Below, piece by piece: positions 37,344 through 46,874 of a DNA stretch of 61,404 bases. How positions within the stretch are numbered: the first letter of the stretch is position 1; the number at the start of each line of letters is the position of its first letter. The notes below the pieces were generated by a model. The model made no database searches. It was not told the DNA's origin and saw only the letters and a list, made by a program, of their open reading frames with translations. A program made the translations under genes and the position numbers. Origin of the DNA: an uncultured Bacteroidia bacterium (GTDB lineage: Bacteria; Bacteroidota; Bacteroidia; J057; CALLMJ01); contig CAZBPK010000117.1 in NCBI GenBank assembly GCA_964493765.1, forward strand, positions 1 to 61,404. The letters are read 5' to 3'.

Positions 37344-38654
37344 ATGGATCTAAAATCCTCCAAAAATGACCCCAAAGTTATACAGGCTTGGTGTCTTTAC
37401 GATTGGGCAAATTCTGTTTATAATTTAATCATTAATACAGCAATTTTTCCCATTTACTATGCTTCTGTAACACGTTTAAAGTTTGGAGGAGATACCATTC
37501 AGCTAATGGGATTATCAATATCTAATTCAGTTGCTTATACTTACGCTATTTCATTTTCCTACTTTATTATTGTTTTCTTATCCCTTTTTTTATCAGGTTT
37601 AGCGGATTATTCTGGTAGGAAAAGGCTTTTTATGCAAATATTTACTTATTTAGGTTCTATAGCTTGTATGTTATTGTACTTTTTTGAAGGTTCTAATGTT
37701 GAGTATGGTTTGGCTATGGTAATTCTAGCAAGTATTGGTTACGCAGGTTCTTTAGTTTTTTATAATGCATTTTTACCAGAAATTGTAACAAAAGACCAAC
37801 TCGATGCTGTTTCAGCAAAAGGTTTTAGTTATGGTTATTTAGGTAGTTTAATTTTATTGATAATCAATTTATTAATGGTATTAAAGCCCTCTTTATTGGG
37901 TTTATCTGATTCCACTCAGGCTTCAAAAGTTAGTTTTTTGATGGTTGGAGTTTGGTGGGTATTCTTTGCTCAATTTGCTTTTAATAAGTTAAAACCTTAT
38001 GAAAAACCTACACCTATTCAATTTTTTATGTTAAAAGAAGGAGTCAAAGAATGGTTAAAAACTTTACAAGAAGTTATAAAAACCCAGACCCTCAAACAAT
38101 TTTTAATAGGTTTCTTTTTTTTATCTATGGGCGTTCAAACCATTATTTTGTTGGCTTCATTATTCGGAGAAAAAGAAGTAAAGATGGAAAGTACAGAGTT
38201 AATTCTCGTAATTATTATTGTCCAAATAGTTGGAATGTTAGGCGCATGGATATTTTCCAAAATATCTCAATGGAAAGGGACCCAAGTCAGCATTTTAATA
38301 GCATTATTTTTGTGGTTCTTTTTGTGTTTTAGAGCATATTTTGTGCAAGAGAAATATAGTTTTTTTGCGTTAGCAGGTCTTTTAGGGTTAATTATGGGGG
38401 GAATACAGTCCCAAAGCCGTTCTTTTTATTCTAAATTATTGCCCGAAGCCAATCAAGACAACGCCTCTTTTTTTAGTTTTTACGATATACTAGAAAAAAT
38501 GGCTATCGTTATTGGAACGTTTTCTTATGCAACTATTGAGAACCTAACGGGCAGTTTAAGAAATTCTATAGTAGTTATGAGTATATTTTTTGTAATTAGT
38601 TTTGTGTTTATTTATCGTATAAATTTTGCTAAAAAGCATGAAATTGCAAATTAG
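37344..38654 (+). CDS. MFS transporter (UMF1/Atg22-like family)
   Basis: AWCLYDWANS, LADYSGRKR, FYNAFLPEI, SRSFYSKLLP; about 12 TM segments. Confidence 0.9.
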   Translation: MDLKSSKNDPKVIQAWCLYDWANSVYNLIINTAIFPIYYASVTRLKFGGDTIQLMGLSISNSVAYTYAISFSYFIIVFLSLFLSGLADYSGRKRLFMQIFTYLGSIACMLLYFFEGSNVEYGLAMVILASIGYAGSLVFYNAFLPEIVTKDQLDAVSAKGFSYGYLGSLILLIINLLMVLKPSLLGLSDSTQASKVSFLMVGVWWVFFAQFAFNKLKPYEKPTPIQFFMLKEGVKEWLKTLQEVIKTQTLKQFLIGFFFLSMGVQTIILLASLFGEKEVKMESTELILVIIIVQIVGMLGAWIFSKISQWKGTQVSILIALFLWFFLCFRAYFVQEKYSFFALAGLLGLIMGGIQSQSRSFYSKLLPEANQDNASFFSFYDILEKMAIVIGTFSYATIENLTGSLRNSIVVMSIFFVISFVFIYRINFAKKHEIAN

Positions 38655-38721
38655 TTTTCAAAAAAATCCTATATTTGCAACAAAATCTTAATTTTGAATT
38701 TAAAAAATCCAGTATAAACTT

Positions 38722-39231
38722 ATGACAAAAGATATATTAATTGTAGTGGGTTCCACAGAAGACATAGTTATTTTGAAAGAAGCTATTAACTTTTTAGAAA
38801 AAATTGGAGTAGCTTATGACGTAGTGGTTTGTCATCCCCAGTTAAGCCCTGGAGAATTTTATAATTTAGGCACAAATGCTCATAAACAAAATTATAAAGT
38901 AATTATTGGAGCATCATCGGATTGTCCTAGTATAGCAGGTAACTTTGCGGCATTAACACCACTACCCGTAATTTCTGTACCTATTGTTAGACATCATCCT
39001 GTGGGTGGTTTAGATGCAATTTTAACATCTCTACAAATGCCAGAGGGAGTTCCTGTAGCAACAGTAAGTACCAACACACCTCAAAATGCAGCTTTATTAG
39101 CTTTACAAATGTTAGCAATTGCTCACCCTTCTTATCAAGAAATTATTATTGCATACAAAAGAAAACTTAATGAAAATATTTTAGATCAAAACAAACTTTT
39201 ACAATCTAATTTTCAAAATTTGATTTCATAA
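38722..39231 (+). CDS. PurE-family (AIR/N5-CAIR mutase fold) protein with degenerate active-site loops
   Basis: LTPLPVISVP and SLQMPEGVPVATV are conserved, but SAHRTP reads HPQLSP and GAGGAAHLPG reads ASSDCPSIAG. Confidence 0.8.
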   Translation: MTKDILIVVGSTEDIVILKEAINFLEKIGVAYDVVVCHPQLSPGEFYNLGTNAHKQNYKVIIGASSDCPSIAGNFAALTPLPVISVPIVRHHPVGGLDAILTSLQMPEGVPVATVSTNTPQNAALLALQMLAIAHPSYQEIIIAYKRKLNENILDQNKLLQSNFQNLIS

Positions 39232-39235
39232 GTCT

Positions 39236-40084
39236 ATGGTAAGGTTATATTTTCTTTTGCTTTTTGTGGTTGTTTTTTTACTGAATTGTGATAGGGTCAA
39301 AGGTCCATTTGTTGAAGTTCAACAAGATATAGACACTACTTGGAAACCTGTTTTTCCTGAAAGGACAAATCCTGTAAAGAAAGTTTTACTGGAAGATTTT
39401 ACAGGACATCAATGTGGGAATTGCCCAAGAGCTCATGAAGAAGCAGTAAATTTAACTAACCAATACCCTGGTAGAGTAATTGTTTTAAGTGAACATGTTG
39501 GATATTTTGCGGAAGTTAGAACCTCAGGAAAATATACCTATGATTTTAGAACTACCATAGGCAATGAAATAGATAATGAATTTGGTGCTGCTGCTGCAGG
39601 ACTCCCCAAAGGTATGATTAATAGAATTACTTACAATAATTCGAAAATTCATGATAGAAATGTTTGGAATACTATTATCTCCCAAGCTTTACAAAGTCCT
39701 ATTCAAGCAGATATTCAAATCTTATACAAGTGGAATGATTCCAAAGAGAAATTAAATGTAGCAGTGCAATCCAAAAATATTCAATCTTCAAGCCCTAATT
39801 TAAAACTAATCGTTTATTTAGTAGAAGATTCAATAATCAATTGGCAAAAAGATTATAGTAAAAGTCCTCAGGATATTGCTGATTATGACCACAGACATGT
39901 TTTAAGGGCTTCTTTCAATGGAACTTGGGGTGATAATGTTACTTGGAATAATAGTCTATTTGAAAAAAAATATGCTTTGAATATCAATCCTGAGTTCAAT
40001 AAACAAAAACTATCCATTATTGCAGCTCTTTATGACAATAGCTCCAAGGAAGTTATTCAAGTAGAAGAAGTTAAAATTCAATAG
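39236..40084 (+). CDS. Omp28-family outer membrane lipoprotein (thioredoxin-like)
   Basis: Lipobox FLLNC; VLLEDFTGHQCGNCP; GLPKGMINR; HRHVLRASFNGTWG. Confidence 0.85.
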   Translation: MVRLYFLLLFVVVFLLNCDRVKGPFVEVQQDIDTTWKPVFPERTNPVKKVLLEDFTGHQCGNCPRAHEEAVNLTNQYPGRVIVLSEHVGYFAEVRTSGKYTYDFRTTIGNEIDNEFGAAAAGLPKGMINRITYNNSKIHDRNVWNTIISQALQSPIQADIQILYKWNDSKEKLNVAVQSKNIQSSSPNLKLIVYLVEDSIINWQKDYSKSPQDIADYDHRHVLRASFNGTWGDNVTWNNSLFEKKYALNINPEFNKQKLSIIAALYDNSSKEVIQVEEVKIQ

Positions 40085-40088
40085 TTCC

Positions 40089-40634
40089 ATGAAACATGAG
40101 CAAAATGAAGACAAAGTTTCTGGTAAATTAATTTTAGAGGCATTAAAGGGTTTTGGCTCCAATTTGGAATGGATATTAACAACGTTCCAAAAACACGGAA
40201 TACCAGAAATTAATATTCATAAAGATTATAGTTTATCGGATTGTATTCAAATGCTTGAGATTCTCAAAAACGAATCTGGAACTAATACTTTGTTTAAGTT
40301 AGGATTAGAAACTTCAAAAGTTTACAAAATACCCCCAATTTATAATCAATTTAAAACCCCTCATGAAATTTTTCCTTTTTTGGATTATGCCTATAAATTG
40401 AATATAAAAACTTATGAAAATAATACTTATTATTATTATGAAAAATGGAATGACCAACAAGCTATTTTAAGAGCTTCCACTCCTTTTCACTGTGAATTTC
40501 AAAAAGGGTTCTTAACAGGATTACTTCATTATCACTTTAATTATAATTTATCTCAAATTGAAATTCTACATTATCCAGAATTAGCTTGTAGAAATTTTGG
40601 TAATTCATACTGTAATTATTTAATCTCTTGGTAA
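40089..40634 (+). CDS. Stand-alone V4R/H-NOX-like ligand-binding domain protein
   Basis: TPFHCEFQKGFLTG and C-terminal CRNFGNSYCNYLISW (three-Cys V4R pattern). Confidence 0.6.
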   Translation: MKHEQNEDKVSGKLILEALKGFGSNLEWILTTFQKHGIPEINIHKDYSLSDCIQMLEILKNESGTNTLFKLGLETSKVYKIPPIYNQFKTPHEIFPFLDYAYKLNIKTYENNTYYYYEKWNDQQAILRASTPFHCEFQKGFLTGLLHYHFNYNLSQIEILHYPELACRNFGNSYCNYLISW

Positions 40635-40643
40635 AAAATAATC

Positions 40644-42239
40644 ATGCAAAAAAAAATAGACTTTTTAGTGATTGGAACTGGTGTGGCGGGTTTAAGTTTT
40701 GCACTTAAAGCCGCAGAAATCGGTAAAGTTTTAGTATTATCAAAATCCAATATCAACAATACCAATACCAATTGGGCTCAAGGTGGAATCGCTGGAGTAA
40801 CCTCCACAATTGATAATTTTGAAAAACATATTCAAGATACTTTAATTGCAGGTGATGGACTTTGTAATGAAAATATTGTAAAAATTGTAGTTACTGAAGG
40901 TCCACAAAGAATTCAAGAATTGATAAATTGGGGAGTCAATTTTGATAAAAATCCTGATGGTTCATTAATGCTTGGTAAAGAAGGTGGGCATTCTGAATAT
41001 CGTATTTTGCATTCTCAAGATGCTACTGGTGCTGAAATTCAAAGAGCTTTATCCGAGAAAGTTTTAAAACACCCTAATATAGAAGTATCAGAAAACTTTT
41101 TTGCTATTGATTTACTTACTCAGCACCATTTAGGAAGATATGTAAACAAAGGTTATAAAGATATAGAATGCTATGGAGTATATGCTCTAAACATTCAAAC
41201 TCATGAAATTATTACGATTCTTTCCAAAGTTACAATTTTAGCTACGGGAGGTGCTGGAAATGTTTATTATAACACTACCAATCCATCAGTTGCTACTGGT
41301 GATGGGGTTGCAATGGCTTATAGAGCGAAAGCTCAAGTCGCCAATATGGAATTTTATCAATTTCATCCTACTGCATTATATGACCCATCAGGTGCTAGAC
41401 CCGCATTTTTAATCACAGAGGCTTTACGTGGTAAAGGGGCTATTCTTAAATCTTCTTACGACAAAAAAGAATTTATGTACCAATATCACCCTAAAGGTAG
41501 TCTTGCCCCTAGAGACATTGTTGCAAGAGCAATTGACAACCAAATGAAAATCTCTGGTAATGATTTTGTTTACTTAGATGCTACTCATATCCCAAAAGAA
41601 GAACTAATTCATGAATTTCCTAATATTTACAAACATTGCCTTTCCAAAGGTATTGATATTAGTAAAGATTATATTCCCGTTGTTCCAGCTGCTCATTATA
41701 TGTGTGGTGGTATTTTAACTGATGAGTTTGCAAGAACTTCTATTCATAGATTATATGCTATTGGTGAATGTGCTTGCACTGGCTTACATGGAGCTAATCG
41801 ATTGGCTTCCAATTCTTTATTAGAGGCTATTGTTTTTTCAGATAGAGCCTTTAAAAATATTCAACCTCATATCCAAAATTTAGATTTTCAAAATAATATA
41901 CCTGATTGGAATGATGATAATACAGAAAAAACTGATGAGTGGATTTTGATTTCCCATAATTTCAAAGAACTTCAAAATATAATGACCAATTACGTGGGCA
42001 TCGTCCGTAGTAATTTACGTCTTGAAAGAGCACAAAGAAGAATCAATCTTATTTTTAACGAAACACAAAATTTTTATCAAAAAACGAAAATAAGTCCTGA
42101 ACTTTGTGAACTAAGAAATTTGATTACAATTGGATATTTAATTATAAAATCTGCTCAGCACAGAATGGAAAGCAGAGGGCTTCATTATAGTGTGGATTAC
42201 CCCAATAAATTACCAGATATTTTTGATACTGTCTTGTAA
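40644..42239 (+). CDS. nadB: L-aspartate oxidase
   Basis: GTGVAGL, EGGHSEYRILH, QFHPT, TEALRG, LAPRDIVARAI, GLHGANRLASNSLLE. Confidence 0.96.
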   Translation: MQKKIDFLVIGTGVAGLSFALKAAEIGKVLVLSKSNINNTNTNWAQGGIAGVTSTIDNFEKHIQDTLIAGDGLCNENIVKIVVTEGPQRIQELINWGVNFDKNPDGSLMLGKEGGHSEYRILHSQDATGAEIQRALSEKVLKHPNIEVSENFFAIDLLTQHHLGRYVNKGYKDIECYGVYALNIQTHEIITILSKVTILATGGAGNVYYNTTNPSVATGDGVAMAYRAKAQVANMEFYQFHPTALYDPSGARPAFLITEALRGKGAILKSSYDKKEFMYQYHPKGSLAPRDIVARAIDNQMKISGNDFVYLDATHIPKEELIHEFPNIYKHCLSKGIDISKDYIPVVPAAHYMCGGILTDEFARTSIHRLYAIGECACTGLHGANRLASNSLLEAIVFSDRAFKNIQPHIQNLDFQNNIPDWNDDNTEKTDEWILISHNFKELQNIMTNYVGIVRSNLRLERAQRRINLIFNETQNFYQKTKISPELCELRNLITIGYLIIKSAQHRMESRGLHYSVDYPNKLPDIFDTVL

Positions 42240-42347
42240 TGATTAATTTAAAATTGTAAATTACTTTATGTTTGTATAAGTTTTTTATCAAAAAATTTGC
42301 AAATTCATAATCTATTATTTATAATTGCGTTTAAAATCTTAAAATTT

Positions 42348-42809
42348 ATGACAGTTCACGAATGGTTTGATAAATATGGTGAAAGCCATCAAAATCCAAC
42401 AAATAAAACAATACATTGGATTTGTATTCCTCTAATTATGTTTAGTTTAATGGGAATGCTTTGGACTATTCCTTTACCAGCATCTATTCAAGTGCATCCA
42501 TTAATTAATTTTGGAACATTTTTGATTCTTGGTGCATTGATTTTCTATTTAAGATTATCCATTCCACTAGCATTAGGAATGCTTTTTGTTGGTAGTGCAA
42601 TGCTTTATGGAAATTATGTGTTATCTCAAAACACTGAAAAATTATTCTTGATAAGTTTCGCTATTTTCTTTTTAGCTTGGGTTGGTCAATTTATTGGACA
42701 TAAAATTGAAGGTAAAAAACCCTCTTTTTTTGAAGATTTACAGTTTTTATTAGTCGGTCCTATGTGGTTATTAGGATTTATTTACAGAAGTTTAGGTATC
42801 AAATATTAA
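42348..42809 (+). CDS. DUF962 / Mpo1-like membrane protein
   Basis: YGESHQNPTNKTIHWICIP and QFIGHKIEGKKPSF; ATG 42348 preferred. Confidence 0.88.
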   Translation: MTVHEWFDKYGESHQNPTNKTIHWICIPLIMFSLMGMLWTIPLPASIQVHPLINFGTFLILGALIFYLRLSIPLALGMLFVGSAMLYGNYVLSQNTEKLFLISFAIFFLAWVGQFIGHKIEGKKPSFFEDLQFLLVGPMWLLGFIYRSLGIKY

Positions 42810-42843
42810 ATAATTTGTAAATTTGTAACTTTAAAATTTGTTC

Positions 42844-43224
42844 ATGTTCAAAAACTTTTTTTTAATCATTTTTTCAATTTTTACATTGCTTATAGTAAGT
42901 TGCAATAAATCTGAAGAATTACCCGATAAAAGCCAAACAGATTTTCATGGAAATTTAGATGTATCTGTTACAAGACCAATTTCTGGTCCAGGGCCTAATA
43001 TGTTAGTTCATATTTACATAAGTGAAAATCAATTTATTAATAGAATTCCTTATGCTTCAGGAAAAACTGATAACGATGGTTTAGTTTCGTTTAAAAAAAT
43101 ACCAGCGGGTTCATGGTTTGTGGATTGCACAATCCCTTTTGATACCACGCTTTATGATTCTACCAGAGTCGGAGTTATTAAAGACCAAACTACTTTTGTT
43201 GCTTTAGAATTACAACCTAGATAA
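42844..43224 (+). CDS. Hypothetical lipoprotein (beta-sandwich/prealbumin-like)
   Basis: Lipobox LIVSC; GKTDNDGLVSFKKIPAGSWFV. Confidence 0.7.
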   Translation: MFKNFFLIIFSIFTLLIVSCNKSEELPDKSQTDFHGNLDVSVTRPISGPGPNMLVHIYISENQFINRIPYASGKTDNDGLVSFKKIPAGSWFVDCTIPFDTTLYDSTRVGVIKDQTTFVALELQPR

Positions 43225-43230
43225 ATTTGT

Positions 43231-44040
43231 TTGGAAAATTATATTTGCTTAACTATACAAATTCCTGAAAATGAACAGGATAATTTGGTATATTTTCTTT
43301 CTGAAAAGAACGCTGAAGGTTTTGAACAATCTTCAGAGGAATTGAAAATTTACTTTAAAGAAAGTGAATTTTCAATAAAAGAAATTCAAACTTTTATTGA
43401 AAATTATTCATACCAAATAGAAACAATTTTTCCAACGAATTGGAATGAAACTTGGGAGTCTAATTTTCCTATGGTTACAATAGAGGGAATTTGCGAAATT
43501 TATGCATCGCATCATCACCCAAATTTGAATCAGCCTTATTCCATTCATATTCAGCCACAAATGTCTTTTGGTACTGGGCATCATTTTACCACTCAATTAA
43601 TGATTAAGTTAATTCATGAAGTTAATTTAGAAAATAAAATCATTTTGGATATGGGTGCTGGAACGGGTATTTTGGGCATTTTTGCATTGTTAAAAAATGC
43701 CTTAAAAGTTACTTTTATTGATATTGAGGATTGGGCTGTAGAAAATATTAAAGAAAATCTTTTACTCAATAATTTGCCCAACCAAATGGCAATATGTGGT
43801 GATCATAACTCTATAGATGGGATTTTTGATGTAATTTTTGCAAATATCAATAAAAATATACTTCTACAACATTCTAGCATTTACTATCAACATCTTAAAA
43901 ATCAAGGAGATTTATTTTTAAGTGGTTTTTTTGATTTTGATGAAGAAAGTATTTTGGATACCTACTTGCCTTTAGGTTTTTCATTATTAAAACGTTATGA
44001 ATCAAATGGTTGGATTGCTTTGCATTTAATTAAATTATGA
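43231..44040 (+). CDS. prmA: Ribosomal protein L11 methyltransferase
   Basis: NWNETWESNF, MSFGTGHHFTT, LDMGAGTGIL, FANINKN; TTG start. Confidence 0.92.
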   Translation: MENYICLTIQIPENEQDNLVYFLSEKNAEGFEQSSEELKIYFKESEFSIKEIQTFIENYSYQIETIFPTNWNETWESNFPMVTIEGICEIYASHHHPNLNQPYSIHIQPQMSFGTGHHFTTQLMIKLIHEVNLENKIILDMGAGTGILGIFALLKNALKVTFIDIEDWAVENIKENLLLNNLPNQMAICGDHNSIDGIFDVIFANINKNILLQHSSIYYQHLKNQGDLFLSGFFDFDEESILDTYLPLGFSLLKRYESNGWIALHLIKL

Positions 44041-44990
44041 AAACTGAAGAAGACAACAAAGAATTTTATTATTTTGATAAAGAATCATTTAGCTATAAAA
44101 AAGAACCCAAGAATTGGATTTATTATCTACGTACTTATTGGATTCTTATTATTTCGTCTGGATTTTTTCTAGTTTTTTTCATTTATTTATTTTTGAGGTT
44201 TTATAATGATTCTTCTGTAATTGATATCGAACAAAAAAATCAGCAACTTGAACAACAAATAGCTGAAAACGATAAAGCCATTTTAGAAATTAAATCTCTT
44301 TTAGATACCCTCAATGAAAAAAACAAAGTAGTTTATAAATTGATTTTAGGTTCTGATTATGAGGAAGATACTACCAATAGTGAAATGGATAGTTTATCAT
44401 TAAAAGAAAATGCTACCTGGGAAGCGATTGAAGAAGAAATCAAAAAACTTCGCGAAAAAGTATATGACCAAACCAATAACCAATCTATGTTGTATCAATT
44501 AGCAACTGAAAAAAAGGCGGAGATAAAAGCAATACCTTCTATCAGGCCAATTCCCTCCGAAATTATTAGTGGTTTTGGTTTAAGAATTCACCCTGTTAGA
44601 AAAGACTCTGCTCAACATAATGGTACTGATTTTAAAGCAGATGTTGGTTCAAATGTTATGGCAACAGGTGATGGTTATGTCATGGAAGTTGGGAATAATC
44701 CCAATGAAGCAGATGGCATTTATATCATTATAAATCATGGTTTTGGTTACACTACAAAATATAGCCATCTTTCAAAAGTTTTGGTTCCAAGGTATGCCCA
44801 AGTGAAGAGAGGTCAAATAATAGCCAAATCTGGAAAAACTGGAATTGTCAAAGGACCTTGCTTACACTATGAAATTAGAAAGAATTATAAACCCGTAGAC
44901 CCCATTGATTATTTCTTTTCAGATTTATCCGCTGATGAATTTCCTAAAATCAAAAAGCAGAATCAAACCGTTAATGAATCCATGGATTGA
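44037..44990 (+). CDS. M23 family peptidase (MepM-like, TM + coiled coil)
   Basis: N-terminal TM; SGFGLRIHP, HNGTDF, YSHL, GPCLHYE. Confidence 0.9.
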   Translation: MKTEEDNKEFYYFDKESFSYKKEPKNWIYYLRTYWILIISSGFFLVFFIYLFLRFYNDSSVIDIEQKNQQLEQQIAENDKAILEIKSLLDTLNEKNKVVYKLILGSDYEEDTTNSEMDSLSLKENATWEAIEEEIKKLREKVYDQTNNQSMLYQLATEKKAEIKAIPSIRPIPSEIISGFGLRIHPVRKDSAQHNGTDFKADVGSNVMATGDGYVMEVGNNPNEADGIYIIINHGFGYTTKYSHLSKVLVPRYAQVKRGQIIAKSGKTGIVKGPCLHYEIRKNYKPVDPIDYFFSDLSADEFPKIKKQNQTVNESMD

Positions 44991-45009
44991 TATTTCAATA
45001 GGATAAAAG

Positions 45010-45219
45010 TTAATCAACGGGGTCATACCCACATCCACCCCATGGGTTACATCTTAAAATCCTCTTGAATGCTTTCCAAGACCCCTTAAAAACTCCATGT
45101 TTTTGAAGGGCTTCAATTGCATAATGAGAACAAGTAGGAGTATATCTACAAGAATTTGGAATTATCGGAGAAATTGCTACTTGATAAAATTTAATGAGAA
45201 ATATCAGAATGGTTTTCAT
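45010..45219 (-). CDS. yidD: Membrane protein insertion efficiency factor YidD
   Basis: [33 protein letters not shown]. Confidence 0.95.
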   Translation of the reverse strand: MKTILIFLIKFYQVAISPIIPNSCRYTPTCSHYAIEALQKHGVFKGSWKAFKRILRCNPWGGCGYDPVD

Positions 45220-45667
45220 TGAATTGTTTGTATAAATTTATAGGAACGATATTTAATGATTTTGGGCTTAAGGGTTTGGGTTTTATCCAATCAATATCTT
45301 TTTTTAACCAGATATATAATAAGCCCAAAGCCAAAACTATTATAAAAAACAAAATTTCAAATAAACTAAAATAATTCCATGAAGTGTTATAAGCTATAAT
45401 TTGCTTGTCAAAAAAAGAGAAAGCCCAAGGAAAAATTAAAATGAGTTCCACATCAAAAATTAAAAATACTAAACCCATAACATAAAATCGAATGTTAAAC
45501 TGGCTCCAAGCGTTTCCAACTGGATCTTCACCACATTCATAGTGAGTGTTTTTCTCAGGATTAGGTCTATGGGGTCTTAATAGCCAGGAAGTTAGTAATC
45601 CTAATATGATAAAAATCAATCCAAAAACAAAATATAATATACCCTTACCTAACTCTGTAATTTCCAT
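45191..45667 (-). CDS. nuoA: NADH-quinone oxidoreductase subunit A
   Basis: [28 protein letters not shown]; three TM segments; C-terminal extension. Confidence 0.92.
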   Translation of the reverse strand: MEITELGKGILYFVFGLIFIILGLLTSWLLRPHRPNPEKNTHYECGEDPVGNAWSQFNIRFYVMGLVFLIFDVELILIFPWAFSFFDKQIIAYNTSWNYFSLFEILFFIIVLALGLLYIWLKKDIDWIKPKPLSPKSLNIVPINLYKQFNENHSDISH

Positions 45668-45676
45668 TTTGTTACT

Positions 45677-46132
45677 TTATCTAACGTTAGTGATCTGAAA
45701 TTGGTGATTAAACTTTAAATAAAAGATTTCATTAGAAGAAATTGAATCCAATTGATTAGAATAAATAATGGGTATTTCATTGTTTTTTAATGAATTAATT
45801 AAAGGTATAAAGGCTATTGTATCTTGTGATTGCCAAAAAAATAAAATACTATCATTTTCTATAACAGCAATTTTGCTAACCGCTTGAAGATGTGGAGCAA
45901 TCTTTTGTAATTTCTTTATGGGCATAAATGCAATACATTCAGAGATATTATTTTTATTCCAATCTAAACCATTTAATGCTACTTTAAAGCCTTTACCCAA
46001 AACTTTTCTAGCATAAATTACATTTCTATCTTGCCAACTGGGATTTTTTTTAAACCAATAAATTGCGTAGTAAAAAACTCCAACTAAAAGAATACTCAAT
46101 AGAACCACTAATAAACCCATATTTTTTGTCAT
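45677..46132 (-). CDS. Hypothetical protein with N-terminal TM anchor
   Basis: 151-aa ORF in a same-strand run, overlapping the upstream stop. Confidence 0.6.
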   Translation of the reverse strand: MTKNMGLLVVLLSILLVGVFYYAIYWFKKNPSWQDRNVIYARKVLGKGFKVALNGLDWNKNNISECIAFMPIKKLQKIAPHLQAVSKIAVIENDSILFFWQSQDTIAFIPLINSLKNNEIPIIYSNQLDSISSNEIFYLKFNHQFQITNVR

Positions 46133-46872
46133 AAAATAGGATTTAAGATTTTACCAGAATGAATATAAGCAATCAAAGTATCATCAATTAAAGATTTATT
46201 TAGCATCTCAATATGCTTTTCATGATGAGTATCTGTTCCTACAAAATCCACTAAATTATTTTTCATAAGAAATTTTGCAATGGATTTGGGTTTTTCTGTA
46301 TAATAACCCGATAAAGAATTAATATTGATTTGAAACAATAAACCTAGTTCCTTTAGTTCAAAATATTGTTCTTTATGATTCCATAGGTATAAATATCTTT
46401 CAGGATGAGCAAAAATAGGTTTATAACCTTTCATTAAAATATCAAAAATAATTTGTTTAAATCGATCAGGTTTAATATGGTGTGAAGTTTCAATAAGTAC
46501 AAAATTTTGCTTGCTAAAAGACAATAATCCACTATTGAGGTGATAGGAAAAGCCTTCATCTAGCATATATTCTGCTCCGTATTCTAATTGGATAGAAATA
46601 TTTTTTGAGGACAAAAAACTAAGTAGAGATTCATAGTTTTTTTTAATTGTATCACTTGTATTAGGGTAATTTATATTGATATGAGGAGTAGTAATAAGCT
46701 TTTTATAACCCAAATCTTTTAAAGCTTGAATTAAAAATTCACTTTCTTCAAAATTTTGAGAACCATCATCTAAAGCAGGAATTAAATGTGAATGTATATC
46801 GTGTTGTAAAAGTTCAACAACTTTCTTGGGAGTATTTTCTTTTTTAAATATAGATTTAAATAGATTGATCAT
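46129..46872 (-). CDS. PHP-family protein-tyrosine phosphatase (CpsB/YwqE type)
   Basis: DIHSHLIPALDDG, TTPH, AEY, AHPERY, GTDTHH; next to wzc. Confidence 0.9.
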   Translation of the reverse strand: MINLFKSIFKKENTPKKVVELLQHDIHSHLIPALDDGSQNFEESEFLIQALKDLGYKKLITTPHININYPNTSDTIKKNYESLLSFLSSKNISIQLEYGAEYMLDEGFSYHLNSGLLSFSKQNFVLIETSHHIKPDRFKQIIFDILMKGYKPIFAHPERYLYLWNHKEQYFELKELGLLFQININSLSGYYTEKPKSIAKFLMKNNLVDFVGTDTHHEKHIEMLNKSLIDDTLIAYIHSGKILNPIL

Positions 46873-46874
46873 AT

